From: an uncultured virus (IMG/VR IMGVR_UViG_3300024270_000031)
Lineage: Duplodnaviria; Heunggongvirae; Uroviricota; Caudoviricetes
Direction: 5' to 3' (one strand)
DNA: 64,000 bases
IMG/VR virus record: IMGVR_UViG_3300024270_000031
Location: 62,001-126,000 of that record
Shown here: positions 17,457-25,677 of the stretch, one piece after another
How the letters are laid out: each line of letters begins with the position of its first letter
How positions within the stretch are numbered: the stretch's first letter is position 1
Notes under the pieces: model-generated
The model's database searches: none
The model's input: only the letters and a program-made list of their open reading frames with translations
Told to the model about the DNA's origin: nothing
Made by a program: the position numbers and the translations under genes

Positions 17457-18866
17457 ATGAAAATTAATAAAATTATAACTGAAAGTATTTTAGATACAGA
17501 GCTTGTAGAAGAAGTTATTACTGAGGCTGAAGATACAGCCGCTGAAGCTTCTGCGGACGAGCTAGTTATCGATAATGTTGTAAATGCGCCTGTAGATGAA
17601 ATCGCTGACGCAGTTAAGGCTGCTGCTGAAGAAGCTTCTGATGGCGAGGAAACTTACTCCGATGCTAAAGCAGAAAAAGTAGCAAATGAAATCAAGACTT
17701 ATGCTAAAGGCTTTGATACTGCTACTTGGGCACCTCTTGATGTAAGAAGTGCTCTTACTGATGCGCTTGATGACTGCCTTGCGGCTTCATTCGAGTCTAA
17801 AGCTATTGGTACTCATGATGGTACTGACATTCTAATTTCAGGACTTCCTGGTTCCGGTAAAACCGGTATCACAAAGCAGTGGGCAAGGGATAGAGGTGTA
17901 AATCTATTCTACCTCAATGCTAAAAACGATGACCTCGGCGCTATCCTTAACGGTTTCCCTGTTGATACAACAGAAACAACAGATGATGGCAGAAGTGTAC
18001 ATACAGTAGCTAGATCTTATTCTAACTCACTTGATGCGCTAGACAAAGAAAGATCTGTACTATTCCTTGATGAATTTAACAGAGCTCCTGCTAAGCTTCG
18101 TGCCGTACTTCTTTCACTAATTAATGAGCACGTAATTGACGGTAATGGTCCTGATGGTTATAGACACTTTGATAACCTGCTCTTTACTGTAGCTTGTATT
18201 AACCCTGCAGTTCCCACAGACCCTGGCGCAATGGAGCTTAATGACGCTGAAATGTCTCGTTTTGTAGACACTATGGATTGGGACTCTACTCCTGAGGAAG
18301 CAATTAAATATATTAACTGGTACATTCCTGAAAAAGTTATTAAGAGCATTCCTCATGACGAGAATTACAATGCTCTTTACATTAGAGCTAAGAAGAGATT
18401 AAATTTAGCTAACGCATTGCTTGCAGACTATCGTTTTGAGTTTGACTCACGCGATGACTTACTTGACTTGTTTCAGACAAAATCAAAGATGTTAAACCAG
18501 CGCTCAATTACCGACGCTATTATGAAACATGGTCATGATAAAAATAAATTCCTTGCTTGGGTAGACCAAAAGTCTAAATTCCTAGATAAGGATAAAGAAA
18601 TAATCCATGAGATCCTTGATTCTTGGGTTGAGCCTGACGTTATTATGCCAGGTGCCGGAGATAACAATGAAGAGCCTGCCCCAACAACTTCAAGCGCTAA
18701 GAGTACTACTTCAGATAGTGATGATTTTGATAGTGTATTCGGTGCTGGCGGTGATGAGACTGATACTGACCTCTTCGGTTCAACTGCATCTGCGGCAGGT
18801 GCTGCTGCAAAGGTTAGCTCAGCTGACGCACTAAACCGTATTAAGAGTTTCGACTTCTCACTTTAA
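17457..18866 (+). CDS. MoxR/AAA_5-type AAA+ ATPase with acidic N-terminal propeptide
   Basis: GLPGSGKT, LFLDEFNRA, VACINP and AEMSRF; ATG at 17457 after AGGAGG. Confidence 0.85.
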   Translation: MKINKIITESILDTELVEEVITEAEDTAAEASADELVIDNVVNAPVDEIADAVKAAAEEASDGEETYSDAKAEKVANEIKTYAKGFDTATWAPLDVRSALTDALDDCLAASFESKAIGTHDGTDILISGLPGSGKTGITKQWARDRGVNLFYLNAKNDDLGAILNGFPVDTTETTDDGRSVHTVARSYSNSLDALDKERSVLFLDEFNRAPAKLRAVLLSLINEHVIDGNGPDGYRHFDNLLFTVACINPAVPTDPGAMELNDAEMSRFVDTMDWDSTPEEAIKYINWYIPEKVIKSIPHDENYNALYIRAKKRLNLANALLADYRFEFDSRDDLLDLFQTKSKMLNQRSITDAIMKHGHDKNKFLAWVDQKSKFLDKDKEIIHEILDSWVEPDVIMPGAGDNNEEPAPTTSSAKSTTSDSDDFDSVFGAGGDETDTDLFGSTASAAGAAAKVSSADALNRIKSFDFSL

Positions 18867-18891
18867 TTCTAGTATAAAGGAGATTTATACT

Positions 18892-20052
18892 ATGCATATA
18901 AATAGAGCATTACTTGAATCTTCTGATATTACTAAGCACTTTATGACTGGCAGAGAGAGACAGGTCAAAAAAGCTCTCTGCCAGCTTTTAATAGATAAAG
19001 GGCATAGAAAATATGCAGAACGATTCTGGAAACTAGATTTCAATATCATAGACTCTAAGAAGCATCCTGATTTTACTGCTGCAATTTCTTTTGATGATGC
19101 GACTGTTTTTATTAGCGATGGCTTTCTTGGTAGTGGCGAAGGTATTTTTAATCAGTTAGATGTATTAATGCGCCACGAAATGGCTCATAATTTAATGATG
19201 CATCAGATTAGAATGATGTATGTGTTTAAAAAACTTCATGCACATGACCCGGACGAAGCTTATGAACATATTAAATATAGTAGTACACTTCATAACCTTT
19301 TAAACATTATTGAAGACTTTGAAATCTCCAATAAACGTTATAGTGCTACTGATAAGCAGATTGTACGTAACATGATGCTAAATGGTGAAATAATTGGCGG
19401 TTTAGTAACTGAGGATCATAGAGGCTGGGATAAGATGTCTCTTGAGCAAATGTATGAAGAGCTTTCTAAGGAAATAATTAGAATAAACAGCGCAATCAGA
19501 AGTGACCCTTATTGGCGGCCAAACACAAGAACTCATAATGGCAGAGTTGCTGTAGACAACATTGAGTATAGTACTGCCAAAGCAGCAAGCCTATATCAGA
19601 ACATAATGAAGCCTTCCGGTATAAAGGCGCCTATTGACGTATTTATGAAGTCTAAAACTTATAAAAAATGGCCAGAAGTTTTCCAAAAGCTTGTACAGCG
19701 GCTATATGACGAATTTAAAGATTTTACTTCTGATGCTGATAAGCAGCGCCTACTTGACCTTATTGATGATATAGCAGTATCGGCACCACAGCAAGCATGC
19801 GATGTTTTAAATCCTCTTACGGGCGAAGTAGTTTGTATTTTATATACACCAGAAGATAAACTAATTGCTACGGATGTTTTAAAAAATCTTGGTGGTAATA
19901 TTAATTATAATCCATTAAAATTTAATGTTAAGCGTCAAGTAAACCCACAGGAGTATAAAGACGCTTGGAATGAGGTTGTTCGTCAGCTAGATTCTAGTAA
20001 GTTTGATGATGAGACCCTTAGACAGTTACAAGATGCTATTAATGCAATGTAA
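18892..20052 (+). CDS. HEXXH metallopeptidase-like protein (DUF2201_N/CobT-N-like)
   Basis: TAAIS, LMRHEMAH and LLNIIEDFEISN motifs; lies between the AAA and vWA genes. Confidence 0.7.
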   Translation: MHINRALLESSDITKHFMTGRERQVKKALCQLLIDKGHRKYAERFWKLDFNIIDSKKHPDFTAAISFDDATVFISDGFLGSGEGIFNQLDVLMRHEMAHNLMMHQIRMMYVFKKLHAHDPDEAYEHIKYSSTLHNLLNIIEDFEISNKRYSATDKQIVRNMMLNGEIIGGLVTEDHRGWDKMSLEQMYEELSKEIIRINSAIRSDPYWRPNTRTHNGRVAVDNIEYSTAKAASLYQNIMKPSGIKAPIDVFMKSKTYKKWPEVFQKLVQRLYDEFKDFTSDADKQRLLDLIDDIAVSAPQQACDVLNPLTGEVVCILYTPEDKLIATDVLKNLGGNINYNPLKFNVKRQVNPQEYKDAWNEVVRQLDSSKFDDETLRQLQDAINAM

Positions 20053-20076
20053 AAACTGTGAAAGGCAGAGATAATT

Positions 20077-21780
20077 ATGGAAATTAAAGATATATTAAGT
20101 AAACTCGGAATAGACTTTTCTAACCCTGATGCAAAACGTGGAGCTTTAGAAGCGATCGATGCTATTCTTTCTTCGAGAGTTGACTTAGGCTCTGGAGGCG
20201 CAGGTGGTGGTCCGGACCTTAACGGAAACGGAGGAGAGATCGAAGTAGAGATTGACCCTGATTTGCTGCAGCCTTCAGTAAAACACCATCCAAAAGGCGG
20301 TGGGGATGACCTTGAAGTAGAAGATGAAGAAAAGCTACTCGATAAAATAAAACACAATAAAGCTGAAGATGAGGAAGAGCCTGAAACAAGGGGCCAAGAT
20401 AACCAGAGCAATTCAGAGGACTCAAGTGAGTCAGGGGAGTCAAGTGACTTTGATGGCTCCGACGAGAGCTCTGAGCAAGATGATACTGACGACTCTGAAA
20501 GCGCCGATACTGGTGATACTAAAGAAACAAGCGAAACTGAAAATTCTGAAGAAGTAGAAGAGGAAGAAGCTGAAGATTCTTCTGAGGAAGATTCTGAGGA
20601 AGATTCTGAGGAAGGTGAAAACTCTGAGGATACTAACACGGAGTTAGACGGTGAGTCTGAGATAGCTGACGAAACTGAAGATTCAGATGAAGAGGCTGAA
20701 TTTAGCGATGAAGAAGAATTTCCAGATGAGCATGATTGGCTAGACGACGATACTCGAGATGCTATGACTGATAATGGCATTAGCAGTAAGGCAGAGGCTC
20801 GTAAAGTAAAAAGAGAGCGCACGTTGCTTGCAGCAAAAGAAGCTTTGAGAAAAGCTAATGAACGCGGTGCATCAAAAGCACTTATATCTGAGCTCGAAAG
20901 CGCTATTGAGGCACTTGAAGCTCTCACAGAGGCTGTTGCAAAAAATATTGCAGACGTGTCAGATGAAGAGTTTAATCAATTAGTTAACAGAGTATTCGAT
21001 GCTATAGATGCTCTTGGTACTGGTGATTTGACGTATTCTTCCGAAGAAGATCGTCAAGCAAGAGCTCAAGAGATAAAAACTGACTTGGCGAGTAGTAAAA
21101 CACAGGCGGAACTTTCAGCAGAAGATGCAGCTCAAATAAGAGCTGAAACTCAAGCAATTAAAGCAAGAGAAAAAGAAGCAGACAAATATAAAACAAAATC
21201 CAGAAGCTCGTTCCAAGGTTTCCAAGCGTTTATGGATAGCTTGCAGCGTGGTATTGCTTTACAGGTTTCTTACGAAGAAGAGCGTGATGACACTTGGTCT
21301 GCAATAAGTCGTAGAAATAGTGGTGCAGGTGTTCTTAGACAAGGACAGAAAATTAATGAGCTTCCAAATAAAAAAATTCCTATCATCGATTTCTATTTTG
21401 ACCAGTCTGGTTCTTGGGATGAGAGCGATGTAGAAGTAGGAAATCAGGCAGTAGAAGCTCTTGCAAAAATGCAAGAAGATGGTAAGATAAAAATCAATAT
21501 TTACTATTTTTCTAATCATGTTCATACTGATGCTGCATCAGCAAGAGCAGAAGGTGGTACCCGTGCCTGGAACGACATAATTAAAAACATAATAACAACT
21601 GAAGCAACTAACGTTGTTATTATGACCGACTCTGACATGGAAGATTGGTGGGACGGGCCAAAAGCATTGTCCTACACTGTTCCTGGTTTTGTTTGGTATC
21701 TATGGCGTAATGGTGTTAACGCACCAAGACTTCCTCGTGACCTAAAAGGTCGTGGTGGTACTATGCAGTATTCCTTCTGA
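20077..21780 (+). CDS. vWA-domain protein with long acidic low-complexity linker
   Basis: MIDAS-like FDQSGS, GGT and IMTDSD in the C-terminal domain; D/E/S-rich middle region. Confidence 0.8.
   Translation: MEIKDILSKLGIDFSNPDAKRGALEAIDAILSSRVDLGSGGAGGGPDLNGNGGEIEVEIDPDLLQPSVKHHPKGGGDDLEVEDEEKLLDKIKHNKAEDEEEPETRGQDNQSNSEDSSESGESSDFDGSDESSEQDDTDDSESADTGDTKETSETENSEEVEEEEAEDSSEEDSEEDSEEGENSEDTNTELDGESEIADETEDSDEEAEFSDEEEFPDEHDWLDDDTRDAMTDNGISSKAEARKVKRERTLLAAKEALRKANERGASKALISELESAIEALEALTEAVAKNIADVSDEEFNQLVNRVFDAIDALGTGDLTYSSEEDRQARAQEIKTDLASSKTQAELSAEDAAQIRAETQAIKAREKEADKYKTKSRSSFQGFQAFMDSLQRGIALQVSYEEERDDTWSAISRRNSGAGVLRQGQKINELPNKKIPIIDFYFDQSGSWDESDVEVGNQAVEALAKMQEDGKIKINIYYFSNHVHTDAASARAEGGTRAWNDIIKNIITTEATNVVIMTDSDMEDWWDGPKALSYTVPGFVWYLWRNGVNAPRLPRDLKGRGGTMQYSF
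20581..20614 (+). repeat. 12-bp in-frame tandem repeat (TCTGAGGAAGAT, about 3 copies) encoding SEED
   Basis: Seen directly in the acidic linker. Confidence 0.7.
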
Positions 21781-21800
21781 TAAATGAGGTTAAGGTATAT

Positions 21801-22217
21801 ATGGTAGAATTAAAAGATAAACTTACGGTAACAAAAGATTTTATTGATGAGCTCTGTAGTAAAAGCTGGCAAGATATTGAGCAACTTCAGACACAGCTCG
21901 CTAATATAGCTGACTCTGATGAAGGCAAAAAAGTAAAGCAGCTCCTAAAAAACCTGATTACGAGTTACTATGTATTCATTGGAAGTCTAGAAAATCTAGA
22001 TGATATCAATTATACTACACAAGATGTTGTACACGTTAAAGAACCGGAAGTTGTTAAAATAGAACCTCAGGCAGAACCTGATATAATGTTTGAGCCGGAA
22101 GACGAAAATACTCAAGCAAAAACAATAGACCTCGATATTAGTGAACCTTTTGAGTACTTTGTAGATTTTGACGAGCCAACAGGTGAGCCACTTACCGACA
22201 AAGACTTATACAATTAA
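21801..22217 (+). CDS. Hypothetical acidic protein
   Basis: ORF with RBS, last gene of the AAA/vWA operon. Confidence 0.65.
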   Translation: MVELKDKLTVTKDFIDELCSKSWQDIEQLQTQLANIADSDEGKKVKQLLKNLITSYYVFIGSLENLDDINYTTQDVVHVKEPEVVKIEPQAEPDIMFEPEDENTQAKTIDLDISEPFEYFVDFDEPTGEPLTDKDLYN

Positions 22218-22221
22218 CAAT

Positions 22222-22251
22222 AAAAGCACTCTAAATATTTAGAGTGCTTTT
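22222..22251 (+). terminator. Intrinsic terminator
   Basis: AAAAGCACTCTAAA-TA-TTTAGAGTGCTTTT. Confidence 0.75.
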
Positions 22252-22271
22252 CTTTATTTGCTAAATTATAT

Positions 22272-22326
22272 GACGGTCGCGGCGGCGGACTTAGCCTTTC
22301 ACCGTTGCTGTGGTCGTCTTTCTTTG
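22272..22326 (+). ncRNA. GC-rich, G-U-wobble hairpin directly after the late promoter (leader, attenuator or small RNA)
   Basis: 17-bp arms GACGGTCGCGGCGGCGG / CCGTTGCTGTGGTCGTC pair fully only with six G-U pairs; followed by TTTCTTT. Confidence 0.5.
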
Positions 22327-22354
22327 TAAATAACAAGAAGGAGAGTATCTTTCA

Positions 22355-23116
22355 ATGAAAATAAATAAAACTCCTATTACAGAGGAGAAAAAACTAAAAA
22401 CTAAGAAAAAGCCTTATGATTCTATCACATATACAACTGGTGATATTTCTTTAAATATAGGTAGATTCAATCAGGCTATGGGGACAGACTGTGTGGAGAC
22501 TTCTGCTGAAGGCACTGAAGGCTGTGGTATGACTGAAAGTGTTGAGCTAAAGGAGGCTAAACGTTACGTTCGTAGATACTATATTCGTCCTCAAAATATC
22601 TTCTGTTCAAATAAAGCTGAGATCTTAAAAGCTCTTATTGAACTAGATAATGCTAACTGCTCTGTTTATACTCTAAATAATCTTGGAGATGATAAAGATG
22701 TAACTAAACTTATGAATAGTGACATTATTTATTATTATGATGATGGTATTCTTTATGATAAAAATAGAGTAAAAGTAATGGACTACGACCTCTCAATTAA
22801 GAAAGAAGAGGACCGTAAACACTTTGCTAACGTGGACAAAGCTCCTGAAAAAGAATTTAAGGCAGAGTATGAGGATAGAATGACAGACGCAACAGAACTT
22901 GAGGAGAGCTTCTTTAATCTTGATTTTGACGCTGTTAATGTATTTGGTGAAAAACTAACAGAAGCAAAAGAAAGCTTTTGTTGTATTTGTGGTGAACCTA
23001 TCGAAGGTCATGGAAATAACCCTGAGCCTTTTATGTCTGCAGATGATGGCAGATGTTGTGACGGTTGTAATCTCAAGTTTGTTATTCCTATGCGACTAGA
23101 TAGAATGGAGGATTAA
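22355..23116 (+). CDS. Late modular protein with C-terminal Zn-binding domain
   Basis: C-terminal CCICG...GNNPEP...RCCDGCN; ITE, MTES, LKEA, LEES and LTEA motifs between modules. Confidence 0.7.
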   Translation: MKINKTPITEEKKLKTKKKPYDSITYTTGDISLNIGRFNQAMGTDCVETSAEGTEGCGMTESVELKEAKRYVRRYYIRPQNIFCSNKAEILKALIELDNANCSVYTLNNLGDDKDVTKLMNSDIIYYYDDGILYDKNRVKVMDYDLSIKKEEDRKHFANVDKAPEKEFKAEYEDRMTDATELEESFFNLDFDAVNVFGEKLTEAKESFCCICGEPIEGHGNNPEPFMSADDGRCCDGCNLKFVIPMRLDRMED

Positions 23117-23117
23117 T

Positions 23118-24581
23118 ATGGCGGCGCCAGTGATTACAGACCCTAAATTAGTAATACCTACACAAGAAGATATTGAAAAACTTCTAACAGCAAAATTAAG
23201 TTATGAAGCAAAACAGAACACACCTGAGCGCGATACTTGGAATAAAGCTCACTTTAATGAAACGCCTTGGGGTATTGCATATAACTGTAGTAAAGCTAAG
23301 TATGATAAATCGGTGGCTTCTTATAACAAAGTTCAAAGAAAGTCTAAGAATCCACCACAGCAAAAAGCTGATGTAGCTTTAAAGTATCTTATCGTTGCTG
23401 TAGCAATTGATTGGAAAGAGCTAATTGACCAATTAAAAAGAACTCTAAAAAATTGGGGCTATACCTCACAAGATTTACAAAATATCGCTAAAAATGTTTG
23501 GTTAACTGACGCGCAGTATATTGCAAATCTATGTGACCGTGTTACAGTAACCAAGTTAATTGAGCAAGAGCTTGGCGAGCAGTCTAAAACAGAACTAACC
23601 GAAGCTATTGAGAAACATGATAGCTTAAACAATAAGCTCTTTACAAAAGAAGAGTTGCTAAAAGATCAAGTAAGAGATAAGATGCTTGAAATTGTCGACG
23701 AATTTTTAGCAGACCTTAAAGAGCAGGATGTTAAAATAAAAGTTGATGATATCCTTATGATTGGCTCTAATGCTAGCTATAATTATACAAAAGATAGTGA
23801 TATTGACCTTCACGTTCTTGCTAACGCTAAAGCCGCTGACTACTCTACCGATATAGCAAATGCTCTATATAGTGCATATCGTTCACTATTTAATAAAAAT
23901 TTAGATATCAAATTGTTTGGCATTCCGCTTGAAATCTTTGTTGAAACTGAGGAGAGCACAAGAGTAAGCAATGGTGTTTATTCCGTAAAGAAAAATAAGT
24001 GGATTAAAAAGCCTGTTCACGAAGATATCCCAGACTATGACAAGGAAGCACTAAACAAACTTGTTGATGAGTGGGAAGATAAGTGTAAAAAACTTATTGA
24101 TGATATAAAAGCAGATAAGCTTGAAGATGAAAAGAAAGTAGTTAAGATGCTAGAAGAGATATATGATAAACTCCGTAAAAAAGGCATCTCGAAAGGTGAA
24201 TACTCTACAGAAAATTTAACTTTTAAAGAGCTTCGTAATAAAGGATATTTGGACCAGCTAAAAGACTACAGAAATGAGCTTGTATCAAAGAGATTATCTC
24301 TTGAGGAAAAACTCGATAGACAGCAAAGAGTTGATATTTATAACCAGCTTTTTAGAGCTGCCGGCACACAGCCAGTTATCCAAGATAACGGAATGTTCTT
24401 TATATATAATCTAAAGGCTTCTGAGGTTGACGCTGCGTTAAGTGCGATAAGAAGACTTCCATTTGTTATTGAAGTCCATGCAAATGAAAATGGAAAGTAT
24501 GACTTCTCAAATACACTTGATATAGCAATGAACAAAATACCTAAGAAATACTATAATATCCGAGGTACTCTTAAAATATAA
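23118..24581 (+). CDS. Pol-beta-superfamily nucleotidyltransferase-domain protein
   Basis: IGSNASYNY..DSDIDLHV (hG[GS]...DxD) plus a third acidic residue in LEIFVE; ENLTFKELR. Confidence 0.8.
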   Translation: MAAPVITDPKLVIPTQEDIEKLLTAKLSYEAKQNTPERDTWNKAHFNETPWGIAYNCSKAKYDKSVASYNKVQRKSKNPPQQKADVALKYLIVAVAIDWKELIDQLKRTLKNWGYTSQDLQNIAKNVWLTDAQYIANLCDRVTVTKLIEQELGEQSKTELTEAIEKHDSLNNKLFTKEELLKDQVRDKMLEIVDEFLADLKEQDVKIKVDDILMIGSNASYNYTKDSDIDLHVLANAKAADYSTDIANALYSAYRSLFNKNLDIKLFGIPLEIFVETEESTRVSNGVYSVKKNKWIKKPVHEDIPDYDKEALNKLVDEWEDKCKKLIDDIKADKLEDEKKVVKMLEEIYDKLRKKGISKGEYSTENLTFKELRNKGYLDQLKDYRNELVSKRLSLEEKLDRQQRVDIYNQLFRAAGTQPVIQDNGMFFIYNLKASEVDAALSAIRRLPFVIEVHANENGKYDFSNTLDIAMNKIPKKYYNIRGTLKI

Positions 24582-24584
24582 AGT

Positions 24585-24620
24585 AAAAGCACTCTATTTT
24601 TGATAGAGTGCTTTATTTTT
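24585..24620 (+). terminator. Intrinsic terminator
   Basis: AAAGCACTCTAT...ATAGAGTGCTTT; same stem as the terminator at 22222. Confidence 0.75.
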
Positions 24621-24675
24621 ATTAAATTTATTTGCTAAATTATACAGTAGAACATTTTGAAAGGATAGTCCAGCA

Positions 24676-25632
24676 ATGAGAAAACAAACTTTGCAAGAAC
24701 AATGCTTATCAGAGCTTCTTAAGCTGACTGAGGCAAACAGAACTTCTTTGATAGCCCAATCTAGAAATGCTGGGGCCTATAAAAACCAAGAGCGTGGCAA
24801 AAATAGAATGGAACGTAAGAAGTATTCTAAGATTGCTAACGCTGTTAAGAATTATAATGAAATAGATATGAACAAGCTGTTCAAACAAGATATACTTCAA
24901 GTAAATATTCCTGTTGTCGGTGAAAATGATGAGTACACTGTTACCATCAAAATCGAAGGCGTCATTGGAGAAATGCAGAAAAATATTAAAAACAACAACA
25001 ATAAGATGGAATTCCGAACAATAGTTCAGTCACTCACAAAAGTTTTTAATACTACAGATGTTTATGTAAAATGCACCTGTCCTGACTTTAAATATCGCTT
25101 TGCACACTGGAACATTATAAAAAATGTTTCTGTAGATGATTCTTCTGCCGACCCTGGCCCTGGTAAAGGAATCGCTAACCCAAATGATGATAAGGGAAGA
25201 GGTTGTAAACATATCCTACTTGTTCTCAGTAATGGCGACTGGATGCTCAAAGTTGCGTCAGTTATAAATAACTATTGTCACTTCCTATCAGAGAAAAAGC
25301 CAGAAGCTTTCTTGAAACTTGTGTTCCCTAAACTATATGGAGTTCCTGCTGATGAGGCTGCTGAGAATGGACTTGTGGCCGACAACGAAGATCTCGAAAC
25401 AGGAAAAGACCTTATTGATATAGTTAATGAATACGGTAAGAACCGCGGTAAATTCCAGAAAGGTTCTAATAAAAATCCTGTTACTGGAACTGGCGGTAAA
25501 CAGAAAGCTGAAAAGCCTGAGGAAGAAAAACCTGAGGAAAAGCCTACTAAAAAGGTTGAAGAACCTGCTGAGGAACCTAAAGAGGCACCTAAGGAAGATT
25601 CAGAAGAAAACGATAAACAGAATAAAAACTAA
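24676..25632 (+). CDS. SWIM-type zinc-finger protein
   Basis: VKCTCPDF...GCKHIL (CxC...CxH); late motif upstream. Confidence 0.65.
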   Translation: MRKQTLQEQCLSELLKLTEANRTSLIAQSRNAGAYKNQERGKNRMERKKYSKIANAVKNYNEIDMNKLFKQDILQVNIPVVGENDEYTVTIKIEGVIGEMQKNIKNNNNKMEFRTIVQSLTKVFNTTDVYVKCTCPDFKYRFAHWNIIKNVSVDDSSADPGPGKGIANPNDDKGRGCKHILLVLSNGDWMLKVASVINNYCHFLSEKKPEAFLKLVFPKLYGVPADEAAENGLVADNEDLETGKDLIDIVNEYGKNRGKFQKGSNKNPVTGTGGKQKAEKPEEEKPEEKPTKKVEEPAEEPKEAPKEDSEENDKQNKN

Positions 25633-25677
25633 CTATTTTTAAAATATTGTATAATATATAGATAGGAGATTTTCGAA

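Noticed and set aside
19983..20927. Long minus-strand ORFs (also 1581-2396, 31380-32297, 32769-33788, 43490-45025, 51834-52397)
   Set aside because: Antisense shadows of well-supported + strand genes with biased or low-complexity codons; no RBS, promoter motif or recognisable domain.
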